DNA of 64,000 nucleotides from Candidatus Fervidifonticultor sextus (GTDB taxonomy: Bacteria > Sysuimicrobiota > Sysuimicrobiia > Sysuimicrobiales > Humicultoraceae), in the NCBI GenBank assembly GCA_031459875.1, contig JAVKHQ010000008.1, positions 34,354-98,353 on the forward strand, written 5' to 3'. The translations under genes and the position numbers were made by a program. Positions 1 through 8,958 of the stretch are shown piece by piece; positions within the stretch are counted from its first letter, which is position 1, and each line of letters opens with the position of its first letter. A model generated the notes under the pieces. It was not told the DNA's origin, did not search any database, and worked only from the letters and a program-made list of their open reading frames with translations.

Positions 1-2
1 GC

Positions 3-713
3 GAGTTCCTCATCGACGCCATGAACGTCTCGCGCTACCTGCTCCCCCACGTGCTGTGCCTGTCCACGAGTTCGCCGTTCTGGATGGGCCGGGAGACCGG
101 GCTGAAGTCCTACCGGAGCATCATCTTCCGGAACTTCCCTCGCACCGGCATCCCGCGGCTGTTCCAGTCGTGGGCGGAGTTCTCCTACCTGGTGGACACC
201 ATGGTCCGGACCAACACCATCCCCGACGGCACCAAGATCTGGTGGGACGTGCGGCCGAACTGGAACTACCCCACCCTGGAATTCCGGATCTGTGACGTCT
301 GCACCCGGGTCGAAGAAGCGGCGTGCATCGCCGCCATCTTCCAGGCCATCGTGGCCAAGTGCTGGAAGTTGCGCCGCGACAACATGACGTTCCGCCTGTA
401 TCCGGCGGACCTGATCGAGGAGAACAAGTGGCGGGCCGTCCGCTACGGCCTCGACGGCAAGATGATCGACTTCGGCAAGCAGCAGGAGCTCCCGGCGCGC
501 CATCTGATCCGGGAGATGCTGGAGTGGTTCATCGGGGACGTGGTGGATGAACTGGGCAGCCGCCCAGAGGTCAACTACGCCTACCGGATTCTCGAAGAGG
601 GGACCAGCGCCGACCGCCAGCTCGCCACCTACCGGCGCACCGGCGACCTGAACGCAGTCGTGGACCGGCTGATCCGTGAGACCGCCGAAGGCGTGGAGGG
701 CGAGTCACCCTGA
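3..713 (+). CDS. Carboxylate-amine ligase, YbdK/GCS2 family (5'-partial)
   Basis: Frame is open from the window edge. Motifs [24 protein letters not shown] and [13 protein letters not shown] are typical of YbdK-like glutamate-cysteine ligase 2. Confidence 0.9.
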   Translation, partial: EFLIDAMNVSRYLLPHVLCLSTSSPFWMGRETGLKSYRSIIFRNFPRTGIPRLFQSWAEFSYLVDTMVRTNTIPDGTKIWWDVRPNWNYPTLEFRICDVCTRVEEAACIAAIFQAIVAKCWKLRRDNMTFRLYPADLIEENKWRAVRYGLDGKMIDFGKQQELPARHLIREMLEWFIGDVVDELGSRPEVNYAYRILEEGTSADRQLATYRRTGDLNAVVDRLIRETAEGVEGESP

Positions 714-827
714 CGCAGGGGAGGGACAGAATGGGCTCTTCTGGGGGCCGCCGGGCTGGAGTCTTCCAATGGAAGGTGGTCAGGACATATACTGAACGCC
801 AGCCAGGAGCCCAACAAGGAAATCCCG

Positions 828-1526
828 GTGGAGGCCATGACAGATCGCAGGGCGCTGTTGCGGCGCGTTGTCCTGTTCAGCTCACTCAGTGACGAGAGGC
901 TGGCGGTGCTGGAGGCCGGCCTGCGCCGACACACCTACCGGAGCGATACGACGATCTTCCACAAGGGCCAGGATGGAGACGCGCTCTACCTCATCGAGTC
1001 GGGCCGGGTGCGCATCTTTCTGCAGACGGAAGCCGGAGAAGAACACACCCTGGCGTTGCTCGGGCCGACGGACTTCTTCGGCGAACTGGCGCTGCTCGAT
1101 CAGCTTCCCCGGTCGGCCAGTGCCGAGGCGGTGGAGGACTCGGTGCTCTATACACTGGGCCGAGCGGACTTCCAGCGGGAACTCGCCCGCGCCCCCGATC
1201 TGGCCATGGCGCTGCTGGCGGCCCTTGGCGCCCGACAGCGGCGCATGACCGAGTATACGGCATCGCTCGCTCTGCAGGACGTCGGCGGGCGGCTGGCTCA
1301 CCTGCTCCTCGATATGGCCGAACGGCACGGCCATCAAGAGGACGGGCTCGTCATCGATCTCCACGTGACCCAGGCGGAGCTGGCCCGCATGATCGGCGCG
1401 ACCCGCGAGCGGATCAACCGGGCGCTGGCTGCCTTCAAGGCTGCAGGTCTCATCCAGATGCGGGGACGTCGGATCGTCATCACAAGTCCCCAACGGTTGC
1501 GCGGGCGAATGTGGCGAATGTCCTGA
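828..1526 (+). CDS. Crp/Fnr-family transcriptional regulator (cNMP-binding type)
   Basis: cNMP cassette FFGELALL...PRSA; C-terminal HTH TQAELARMIGATRERINRAL. Start is GTG 828 or ATG 837. Confidence 0.93.
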   Translation: MEAMTDRRALLRRVVLFSSLSDERLAVLEAGLRRHTYRSDTTIFHKGQDGDALYLIESGRVRIFLQTEAGEEHTLALLGPTDFFGELALLDQLPRSASAEAVEDSVLYTLGRADFQRELARAPDLAMALLAALGARQRRMTEYTASLALQDVGGRLAHLLLDMAERHGHQEDGLVIDLHVTQAELARMIGATRERINRALAAFKAAGLIQMRGRRIVITSPQRLRGRMWRMS

Positions 1527-1631
1527 GGCCCACAGGGTGCTCATCCGCGGAATGCGGCCGCCGAAGGAGACGGGCGCCCGTCCCCTCCGGCCCGCACGCG
1601 GAGCGACGCGGTGGCGCCGCGCCCGCGGGTG

Positions 1632-1808
1632 TTAGCTCGCCACGGGCGGCCGGATCTCCTCGCGCGGCCCCTCGGGCGTGTCGTTCGTCAGCGCCACGGC
1701 CGGCGACCGGATCTCCTCGCGCGGCCCTTCCACGTCCGCGACGGTGGTGCGGGGAAGCGCCGAGAACATCAGGCCGCTCAGCACGACGGCCGCTATCAAC
1801 TTGTTCAT
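1632..1808 (-). CDS. Small secreted peptide (58 aa) with duplicated EGPREEIR motif
   Basis: RBS GAGGTG 7 nt before ATG 1808. MNKLIAAVVLSGLMFSALPRTTVA is a Sec-type signal. The mature part DVEGPREEIRSPAVALTNDTPEGPREEIRPPVAS carries the motif twice. Confidence 0.75.
   Translation of the reverse strand: MNKLIAAVVLSGLMFSALPRTTVADVEGPREEIRSPAVALTNDTPEGPREEIRPPVAS
1650..1727. repeat. 21-bp direct repeat CCGGATCTCCTCGCGCGGCCC x2 (57-bp period)
   Basis: Identical copies at 1650-1670 and 1707-1727 encode the repeated peptide core. Confidence 0.95.
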
Positions 1809-1878
1809 TGTGGTGCACCTCTTCCATCGAATTGGTGGTCTGTCGCCGAGAGAAAAGCGGATCGACCACCTGGTTCTC

Positions 1879-1944
1879 AGTGTAGGCGCTGGGCGCCCAA
1901 TCACCTGTGCGCGACCGCACAAAGTTCCAGTGAAATTGGTCACT
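1879..1944 (-). promoter_or_regulatory. Putative Crp-activated promoter of the peptide gene: -10 TACACT plus two CRP-like palindromes
   Basis: Minus-strand TACACT at 1884-1879. TGTGC-N6-GCACA at 1906-1921 (centre -41.5) and AGTGA-N6-TCACT at 1929-1944 (centre -64.5). CRP consensus is TGTGA-N6-TCACA. Confidence 0.6.
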
Positions 1945-2065
1945 TCACCCCAATCCTCCCAACCCACAGGCAGGAAGCGCGGATCGTTGCCGTCATCAGG
2001 GCGCCGTGCTACGATGGGGGGTGGTTTTGGGGCCGCAGGCTCCGGACGGTCTGGAGGCGTCCATC

Positions 2066-2284
2066 GTGACCGAAGCTTTGTTGATCGCCCACATCGTCAT
2101 CTCGCTGGCGCTCATCGGCATCATCCTCCTCCAGGGGCCTAAGGGGGAAGGGCTCGGGGCCATCGGCGGCAGCGCCCGCATCTTCCACGGCCCGCGTCCG
2201 CGCGAGACGCTGCTCACCCGCATCACGGCCGCCTTCTCGATCCTCTTCGTGGTCACGGCGAGTACGCTGGTCTTCCTGCGGTAG
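2066..2284 (+). CDS. secG: Preprotein translocase subunit SecG
   Basis: GGAGG RBS and GTG start. IILLQGPKGEGLGAIGG and LTRITA motifs, two TM helices. Confidence 0.93.
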   Translation: MTEALLIAHIVISLALIGIILLQGPKGEGLGAIGGSARIFHGPRPRETLLTRITAAFSILFVVTASTLVFLR

Positions 2285-2392
2285 TCGACCGCCGCTCTCG
2301 GCCCGGGCTCACCGACCCGGGGCCGGTCTGGTCGAAGTTGGGTATGACCCCCGTGGGAGGCTGCCGGACCCTGCCGACCTCCCGGTGAGACC

Positions 2393-2767
2393 ATGGCGGT
2401 TCTGCCCGCGGTTGTCACCCTCGCCCTGGCGGCGGCGACCCCGACGCCGCGGTGGATGGCTGTACATGCGGGGATCTACCAGCTCACGGTGCCCGCCCGC
2501 CAGACGATGACCCTGGTCCTCCCGATCCCGCCGCCTCTGAGGATCGGCGACCGCCCGCTCACGATGACATGGAGCATCGTCAGGCCCGTCCCGGCGCCGC
2601 ACCTCCTCGTCCTGGAACAGTGCGTTCAGCCCGAGCAGTGCTATGCGACGGTGCTGCGGCCGAACGGCTGGGCGTCCGGGACGGTGCGCACGACCTTTCG
2701 GGTCACGAACCGGACCGCGGTGGCGGTCGACATCCGGTTCCGATACACGGTCTGGAATGTCCCGTAG
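2393..2767 (+). CDS. Hypothetical exported protein
   Basis: 124-aa ORF with signal-peptide-like N-terminus, beta-rich, CxxxxxC pair. Fills the gap between secG and DoxX. Confidence 0.55.
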   Translation: MAVLPAVVTLALAAATPTPRWMAVHAGIYQLTVPARQTMTLVLPIPPPLRIGDRPLTMTWSIVRPVPAPHLLVLEQCVQPEQCYATVLRPNGWASGTVRTTFRVTNRTAVAVDIRFRYTVWNVP

Positions 2768-2821
2768 GCCCTCCCCGTTGTCATAGGGCGAACACTCTCT
2801 GGCAAAGGAGGGGTCGTCCGG

Positions 2822-3214
2822 ATGATCGCACTCGTGCTGATTGCCCAGATCGTGCTGGGCGTCTATTTCCTGTACAACGCGTACAATCACCTGATCAAGA
2901 ACCGTGCGGGGCTCACCGGGTACGCCCAGATGCGCGGCGTGCCGGCTCCTGCTCCGTCGGTGGTGGTGACCGGGTTTATGCTGCTCGGCGCGGGCCTCGG
3001 TCTGCTGCTGGGCTACCAGGTCAGGATTGCCGCCTGGTTGGCCATCGTCTTCCTCGTGCTGGTGGCGTTTCTCGTGCACCACTTCTGGACCGACGAGGGG
3101 ATGGAGCGGGCCGGGCAGATCGCGCACTTCGGGAAGAACCTGGCGCTGGCTGCGGCGCTGCTCCTGGTCACCTACCTGTCGAACGACGTGTGGGTGATCC
3201 GTCTGGGGCCCTAG
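2822..3214 (+). CDS. DoxX family membrane protein
   Basis: AAAGGAGG RBS, four TM segments, HHFW...HFGKNLALAAALL motif. Confidence 0.88.
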   Translation: MIALVLIAQIVLGVYFLYNAYNHLIKNRAGLTGYAQMRGVPAPAPSVVVTGFMLLGAGLGLLLGYQVRIAAWLAIVFLVLVAFLVHHFWTDEGMERAGQIAHFGKNLALAAALLLVTYLSNDVWVIRLGP

Positions 3215-3274
3215 GGTGCGGTCGTGAGGGCTCGACACATCGAGGCACCGGGCGGCGTGCCCGCGCGCCGCGGT

Positions 3275-3304
3275 TTGACACGCTGATCACGCGGTCTCTA
3301 TAAT
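3275..3304 (+). promoter_or_regulatory. Consensus sigma70 promoter of the tRNA
   Basis: TTGACA (3275-3280), 18-bp spacer, TATAAT (3299-3304), 40 nt upstream of the tRNA. Confidence 0.9.
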
Positions 3305-3344
3305 GAGGACGCTCTGCCCGGCGCTGTTCCCAGGGCGCCTCCCG

Positions 3345-3430
3345 GCCGGGATGGCGGAACTTGGCAGACGCGCACGCTTGAGGGGCGTGTGGGGTTTCCC
3401 GTGGGGGTTCAAATCCCCCTCCCGGCACCA
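3345..3430 (+). tRNA. tRNA-Leu (anticodon GAG)
   Basis: Acceptor GCCGGGA/TCCCGGC, discriminator A and encoded CCA. Anticodon arm CACGC-TTGAGGG-GCGTG, long variable arm, T-loop GGTTCAAATCC. Confidence 0.97.
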
Positions 3431-3460
3431 GCGTGACCCACCCGGCTTCATCTCTTCACC

Positions 3461-4132
3461 TCAGTCCGCCCACATCGTCTTCAATCGGACATCCACCACC
3501 CGCAGGGTGACGAGCACGCCGCCGGGGATGCCCAGGCGGAGATCGGCAGTCCTGTTGGCCGGGACCTCCAGCACCAGGGTTTCAAGCCTGGGCACCCGAA
3601 CGCGGGGCACGAGGAGGGTGGCCTCGACCGTCACACTGACAATGGGCCACCCCCTGACGTCACTGCGGACCGTGAGAAGATCCCCCCGGATGTCGCCTGT
3701 GACCCGCACGGCGGACAGCAGGAGCGGGCGGTAGAGCGCCAGGTCGACCGACCTCGACACGCTGACGGGTGAGGCGAGGGCGGGACGACTTGACGAGATC
3801 TGGACCACATAGGTGCGAACGAGGTCGCCGCGCACAGGCAGAGGGATGGCGAAACGCTCGGACCTGCCCGGTGCGATCTCCCACGGGATCCCGTCGCTCC
3901 CGAACACCGTCGCCTCGCCCGACGGCGCATACCCCGTGGCATCGATGACCAGGCGGGCGACCGGGCGCGGTCCCCGATTCTCCACCCACCCGGTGATCAC
4001 GAGGTCGCGGCCGTCGACGGCGTGAGACACGTGTGCGAGCACGAGCCACTGCCCCGCTTCTGCTCCTGCCCCGGGCGCGGGGATGCCCACCAGCGGGCTG
4101 AGCATCGCCAGCACGATCCACCCGGCTCGCAT
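3461..4132 (-). CDS. Exported hypothetical protein with FxLYD-like Ig-fold domain
   Basis: Signal peptide; ITGWVENRG...IAPGRSERFAI pattern resembles FxLYD domains. Start is ATG 4132 or GTG 4156. Confidence 0.6.
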   Translation of the reverse strand: MRAGWIVLAMLSPLVGIPAPGAGAEAGQWLVLAHVSHAVDGRDLVITGWVENRGPRPVARLVIDATGYAPSGEATVFGSDGIPWEIAPGRSERFAIPLPVRGDLVRTYVVQISSSRPALASPVSVSRSVDLALYRPLLLSAVRVTGDIRGDLLTVRSDVRGWPIVSVTVEATLLVPRVRVPRLETLVLEVPANRTADLRLGIPGGVLVTLRVVDVRLKTMWAD

Positions 4133-4310
4133 GCCGCTGCGCGCCCCCTTTGCCACGTTACACTTCGTTGCCCTTCCGCTTCCAGTCTACACCGGTCCGG
4201 AAGGGAGGGGAGCCGACGAAGGTCCTGCCGGCAACGAATCACCCGTAGAAAATGCTATGCTGTGGCCACCCGATCTGCTACAATGAGGCGTCATATCAGG
4301 GGGGTGAAAT

Positions 4311-5327
4311 ATGCGCAGAGGTCTTGTTGCAGTCTTAACGGTGCTTGTCGCGACTCTTGCGGTGCTCGGGTCCATGCCGCGTGGTGCGGCCGCCGCCACC
4401 ACGTGGACGGTGAGGGCGGGGACGTCGCGCGACAACCAGGCCCTTCAGGCGCTGCTGTTCCTGCCCAAGGCGATCACGATCAATGAGGGCGATACGGTCC
4501 AGTGGGCGCTGGGAGCGGCCGACCATACCATCTATTTCTCAGCCGGGCAAAAACTGCCGGACCTGATCGTTCCGGGCCGGGCGAAGGGCGAGTTGCTCTG
4601 GAACCCGGTGGTCTTCTTCCCATCTCCCCGGAAGGCCTACGACGGCTCCGGGCCGCACAGCGGGGGGGCCCTGATCGGGGCCGACCCGAAAGCACCCAAG
4701 ACCTACGCGGTCACCTTTACGAAGGCCGGCACGTACGCGTACGTCTGCCTGTTCCACCCGGGCATGGAGGGTACGGTCACCGTCCAGCCGGCTGGCAGCG
4801 CGTATCCCAAGACCCAGGCCGAGTACGACCAGATCGCGGTGCAGGAGGCGCGGGCGGCGCTGGCCAGGGCTGAGGACCTCATGAAGTCGAACACGCCAGT
4901 GGTGACCGGCCAGCCGGGCAGGCGCACCTACACGCTGAACATGGTGGGCACGGCGAAGGATCCCGTCTCCCTCTACCGCTTCCCGGCACAGCGGCTGGAG
5001 ATCCGACGGGGCGAGACCGTCACGTGGGTCATGAAGGATCCCGCCGAACTGCATACGGTGACGTTCGGGGCCAAAGATCCGTTCGAAATCGTCACGATGA
5101 AGCCGCAGCCCCAGGGGCCCCCGCTGCTGCTGGTGAACCTGCGGTCCATGAACCCGGCCGGCGGCACGGTGCACAAGGGACCCGGCTTCTACAACTCGGG
5201 CTTCATGTTCACGGCGGGTCCGGGCGCGAGGCGCTACTCCCTGACCTTCACGCGCAGTGGCACGTACGAGTATGAGTGCACGATCCACGACCCCTTCGGC
5301 ATGAAGGCGACGATTGTCGTGAGGTAG
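4311..5327 (+). CDS. Secreted protein with two cupredoxin (type-1 Cu) domains
   Basis: Signal peptide. Site 1 is DHTIYF...YVCLFHPGM and site 2 is LHTVTF...YECTIHDPFGM. Confidence 0.88.
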   Translation: MRRGLVAVLTVLVATLAVLGSMPRGAAAATTWTVRAGTSRDNQALQALLFLPKAITINEGDTVQWALGAADHTIYFSAGQKLPDLIVPGRAKGELLWNPVVFFPSPRKAYDGSGPHSGGALIGADPKAPKTYAVTFTKAGTYAYVCLFHPGMEGTVTVQPAGSAYPKTQAEYDQIAVQEARAALARAEDLMKSNTPVVTGQPGRRTYTLNMVGTAKDPVSLYRFPAQRLEIRRGETVTWVMKDPAELHTVTFGAKDPFEIVTMKPQPQGPPLLLVNLRSMNPAGGTVHKGPGFYNSGFMFTAGPGARRYSLTFTRSGTYEYECTIHDPFGMKATIVVR

Positions 5328-5332
5328 GGGGT

Positions 5333-5983
5333 ATGCTGGCCGGCCTCGACGGGGCGGGCGCACAGCGCCCGCCCCGCAAGCCTCTCGGTGCGGCGCTGGT
5401 CGCGGCGCTGGTTGTGGTCGTCGCCGGGGCGATGCGTTTCGGGGGTCCGGCGCCTCCGATCTGGGGCGCGCCGGCCGGCGCCGCCAGCGCGGAGGCGACC
5501 GCCCCGGACTTTGCGTTGATCAACCAGGACGGCCAGCGGGTCACGCTGCGCCAGTTTCTCGGCAAGATCGTCCTGATGAACTTCATCTACACCCACTGCA
5601 CGGACGTCTGCCCGCTGGCCCAGTTGAAACTCGCCAGGGTCCAGGAGGACCTCAAGGCCCGCGGGTGGTTTGGCACCCGGGTGGTCTTCCTTTCGGTGAC
5701 CTTCGACCCCGCACGTGACACGCCCGCTGTGATGAAGGCGTATGCCAGGCGTTTCCGGGCCGACCCGGCCGGCTGGCACTTCCTCACCGGCCCGCCTCAC
5801 GTGGTGGACCGGGTCCTCAAAGCCTACAGAATACCGGTGCGCGCGGTCGGGGCGACCGGCTCCTTCGAGCACGCCCTCCCCACTCTGGTGATCGACGGGC
5901 GGGGCGTGGTGCTCGGGCACTACGAACCCGACTTCACGCCTGCCAACGTCGCCCGCGACCTGGCCCGCCTGCTCGGGCCCTGA
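5333..5983 (+). CDS. SCO1/SenC copper chaperone
   Basis: N-terminal TM anchor, FIYTHCTDVCP (CxxxC), DPARDTP, conserved His in FEHA. Confidence 0.93.
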   Translation: MLAGLDGAGAQRPPRKPLGAALVAALVVVVAGAMRFGGPAPPIWGAPAGAASAEATAPDFALINQDGQRVTLRQFLGKIVLMNFIYTHCTDVCPLAQLKLARVQEDLKARGWFGTRVVFLSVTFDPARDTPAVMKAYARRFRADPAGWHFLTGPPHVVDRVLKAYRIPVRAVGATGSFEHALPTLVIDGRGVVLGHYEPDFTPANVARDLARLLGP

Positions 5984-6025
5984 GGCCCGATCGTCCGTGG
6001 CCGGGAGCCGCGCCTTCGCCGCAGG

Positions 6026-7009
6026 CTACTCGCTGGCACCGGCGATCGGCGCAAAGGCCTCGTCGAGGCTGAAGGGGGAGCGCACCAGCCGCTGCTCGAC
6101 CAGGTAGTCGCGCAAGGCGTGCAGGGTAGGGCGGTTCGCCTCAAGTCCGTAGGGCCAGGGATCGGCGCCGAAGACCTCCGCCATCTCCTCGATGTGGGCG
6201 TGGAGCCACGGCAGCGTGTAGCGGAGGCTGCTGCTGAACGCCATCTGTGCCAGACACCACGCCTTGGCCTGCACGAAGGCCTTGTAGAGACTCTCGGCCA
6301 CCCAGGGGTGACGGCGGTAGAGCCCCTCCCGGACGACGACGGTGTGCATGATGGGAAAGATGCCGGTCCGCCGGTAGTAATCGCGCTCCATCTCCCGGTA
6401 GTTGGGGAAGAGTCGCTGCACGCACGGGTCCCGGCCGAGGGCATCCGGCCGCCGCGCACCGATGAGGGCGTCGATGGCACCTTCCACCAGGAGGTCGTTG
6501 AGGGGCCGGTCGCCGACGCGCTCGATCGAGACGTCCGCGTCGGGGAGGTTGACCAGGACGTCGGGCCGGCCCGGGGCGTTCACCCCGCCGGCGACCCAGC
6601 GGATCCCCTCCAGATTCACCCCAAACTCGTGCTGCAGGAGGCCCCGGATCCAGACGGCGGCCGTCTGACTGTACTCGGGGACGCCCACGCGTCTTCCTTC
6701 GAGGTCTTTGGGACCCCGGATGCCGGATTGGGTGTTGATGAAGATGTAGCCGTGACGGAACATCCGCGACGGGAACACCGGCAGCGCCACGAAGGGGCAG
6801 TCGCCCCGGCTCCGGTGGATGAGGTAGTGGGCGCAGGACATCTCGGAGGCGTCGAAGGACGCGTTGGCCACCATGCGGGCGAAGATCTCGGGCGGCGACT
6901 GGATGGGAATGTAGACGAGGTCGATGCCCTCCGGCCTCACCACGCCGGTCCGCAGCGCCTCGGTCCGGTCGTAGGGTCCACAGGCCAGGCTCAGGCGGAG
7001 CGTCGTCAC
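6026..7009 (-). CDS. 4,5-dihydroxyphthalate decarboxylase-like protein (PBP2 fold)
   Basis: LSLACGPYDRT, FPSRMFRH, EYSQTAAVWIRG, IFPIMH, DPWPYGLEANR. No signal peptide; GTG start at 7009. Confidence 0.8.
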   Translation of the reverse strand: MTTLRLSLACGPYDRTEALRTGVVRPEGIDLVYIPIQSPPEIFARMVANASFDASEMSCAHYLIHRSRGDCPFVALPVFPSRMFRHGYIFINTQSGIRGPKDLEGRRVGVPEYSQTAAVWIRGLLQHEFGVNLEGIRWVAGGVNAPGRPDVLVNLPDADVSIERVGDRPLNDLLVEGAIDALIGARRPDALGRDPCVQRLFPNYREMERDYYRRTGIFPIMHTVVVREGLYRRHPWVAESLYKAFVQAKAWCLAQMAFSSSLRYTLPWLHAHIEEMAEVFGADPWPYGLEANRPTLHALRDYLVEQRLVRSPFSLDEAFAPIAGASE

Positions 7010-7013
7010 GGCG

Positions 7014-7535
7014 CTAGAGAGGGTAGACGAAGACGTCCTGGAGGACCGGGTGGTCGAGGATGACGATCTTCGCCTTGAACCTGGCGGCCCCGTCGGGGAA
7101 GACGACGACATCGCGGTACTCGCCGACGGCCAGCACCCGCATCTGGCCGTCGATGGCGCCGCTGCCCCAGACCATGAAGTTCGCGCCGAGGTGGGCCTCG
7201 TCGGACTCCTTCAGATCCACCCAGGCGGGGCCGACGATGTGGCGCGGCCAGGCCTCGTTGTAGTGGCGGTCCTCCGTACGGCCTCCCGCACCCCAGAACT
7301 CCCTGACGATGACGACGCGGTCGCGGATGCGGTCCCTGGTGTCGTCCCGGACGACGGCGATGGGGAGCCCGCGCTCGTGGTTCTCGCGCGTGACCACCAG
7401 GTAGGTCGCCTCTTCGGCGAAGAGGTCCGGCCACTCCTCGATCCGGCGGGGATCGTCGACCACGCGGACGTAGCGGGCCAGCAGGTCGAGCGCGGCCTGG
7501 CGCCGGCCGGCGCCGTCAGCGGGGCCCGCTGGCAT
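7014..7535 (-). CDS. Aromatic ring-hydroxylating oxygenase beta subunit
   Basis: EEWPDLF...RENHERGLP...IRDRV...FVYPL C-terminus; lies directly after the alpha subunit. Confidence 0.88.
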   Translation of the reverse strand: MPAGPADGAGRRQAALDLLARYVRVVDDPRRIEEWPDLFAEEATYLVVTRENHERGLPIAVVRDDTRDRIRDRVVIVREFWGAGGRTEDRHYNEAWPRHIVGPAWVDLKESDEAHLGANFMVWGSGAIDGQMRVLAVGEYRDVVVFPDGAARFKAKIVILDHPVLQDVFVYPL

Positions 7536-8739
7536 CGGCGGCTCCATCGGAAGGGATGGCAAAGCCCAGCAGGCGCCGGTACGCCTGGTAGAAATGGCGG
7601 ATCGGGGCCTCGTCGACGTGCCGGTACGGCGGGAAGCGGCGGGGGGTGCCCTTGAGGACCACGTTCTCTCCGCGGGCGACGGCGCTGCGCTGTACCCGTT
7701 CCAGCGCGGCCGCGTCCTCGAGGGTGATGGCGCCCGCCGGCCCCAACACCGCGGGGCCCTGGCGGTTCCGGTGGAGGAGCACCTCCGGCGGATCGCTCTG
7801 CCGGCCGAAGAAGGCGAACTCGATCAGCGTCCGGTCGAGGTCCAGCGGCACCACGTAGCGCAGCTGAATGGTGTCGAAGTAGTCGGTGACCACGCCGGAT
7901 GGAAAGACGACCATCATGGTGTGGTCGGTGGTGGGCTTCGTGCGCACCTCGAAGAGGCTCATGTCGCGCAACACGGGCCGCAGGTGATCGACCGGGGTGG
8001 AGCGGGACCGGCTCCAGAGGTGGCCGTTCCGCTCGTAGTTGGGAACCAGGCGGTCTCCGCCGTGCGAGCGCAACCGGACCACCTGGAAGCCGGTGTGCAG
8101 CGCCGTCACATGATAGCCATCGTAGATGTTCTCGACGTAGAGCTTCCAGTTGGTGTGGAAGACCACCTTGATCGAGCCCAGAAAGCGCAGCGCCCCGTCG
8201 CCCAGGACGCGGTCGATGCCCTCGGTCAGTTCGGCCAGGTAGTCGCGCAGCGGGGGCGTCGCGTCGCTGAACGTGGCGAAGATTGTACCCCGGTAGGTCT
8301 CCACCCGCGCATGGGGAATCCCGTAGTCTTCCTGCCGGAAGTCGGCGGGAAAGTCTTCCGGCAGCGAGACCGCGGTGAGGCGGCCGGCGGTGTCGTAAGT
8401 CCACATGTGGTAGATGCACCGGAAGCCGCCCCGGCCGACGTTCCCGGAGGGGCCTTCGACCAGGCGGGTGCCGCGGTGGGCGCACGCGTTCACCAACACG
8501 CGCACGACCCCGTCCGTCCCGCGGACGACGATCGCGGGGATGGTCCCCACCGAGGTGGTCTTGTAGTCGCCGGGGGTTGGCACCTCCGCCTCGTGACCCA
8601 CCAGCACCCACACCGGGCCGGTGAACACCGCGTCCATCTCCAGGCGGAAGAGGTCGGGGTTGGTGAAGATCTCGCGCGGGATCCGGTTGTCTTCCTGCGG
8701 CCAGCGGATGGTCCGCAGGAGGTCGCTCTCGATGTCCAC
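7516..8739 (-). CDS. Rieske aromatic ring-hydroxylating oxygenase alpha subunit (1)
   Basis: Rieske CAH...CIYH; mononuclear Fe ENIYDGYHVTALH...ED. Confidence 0.95.
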   Translation of the reverse strand: MDIESDLLRTIRWPQEDNRIPREIFTNPDLFRLEMDAVFTGPVWVLVGHEAEVPTPGDYKTTSVGTIPAIVVRGTDGVVRVLVNACAHRGTRLVEGPSGNVGRGGFRCIYHMWTYDTAGRLTAVSLPEDFPADFRQEDYGIPHARVETYRGTIFATFSDATPPLRDYLAELTEGIDRVLGDGALRFLGSIKVVFHTNWKLYVENIYDGYHVTALHTGFQVVRLRSHGGDRLVPNYERNGHLWSRSRSTPVDHLRPVLRDMSLFEVRTKPTTDHTMMVVFPSGVVTDYFDTIQLRYVVPLDLDRTLIEFAFFGRQSDPPEVLLHRNRQGPAVLGPAGAITLEDAAALERVQRSAVARGENVVLKGTPRRFPPYRHVDEAPIRHFYQAYRRLLGFAIPSDGAADASGPR

Positions 8740-8958
8740 TCACCCCCCGCCAGTCCGTGGGAACACCGCACCTAACGCCAACATTATGCGGCGCCCGTGG
8801 CCCCATGAGAAGAGGGCCGGGTCCGTCCCTTCGGCCGGCATCGGAGCCCACCGACCCATCAGATGCCGGTGGCCGGTGGCCCGACCGGACAGGTCCCTCC
8901 ACCTCCCCCTTGACGGCCGTGGCCTCCAACCCACATCCTGGACGACACAGGTGCCGCG

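Noticed and set aside
1650..1727. 21-bp repeat with a 36-bp spacer as a mini-CRISPR
   Set aside because: Only two copies, no cas genes, and the in-frame 57-bp period is explained by the repeated peptide core.
3345..3430. tRNA-Leu as integration site of a genomic island
   Set aside because: No integrase and no duplicated tRNA 3' end noticed in the window.
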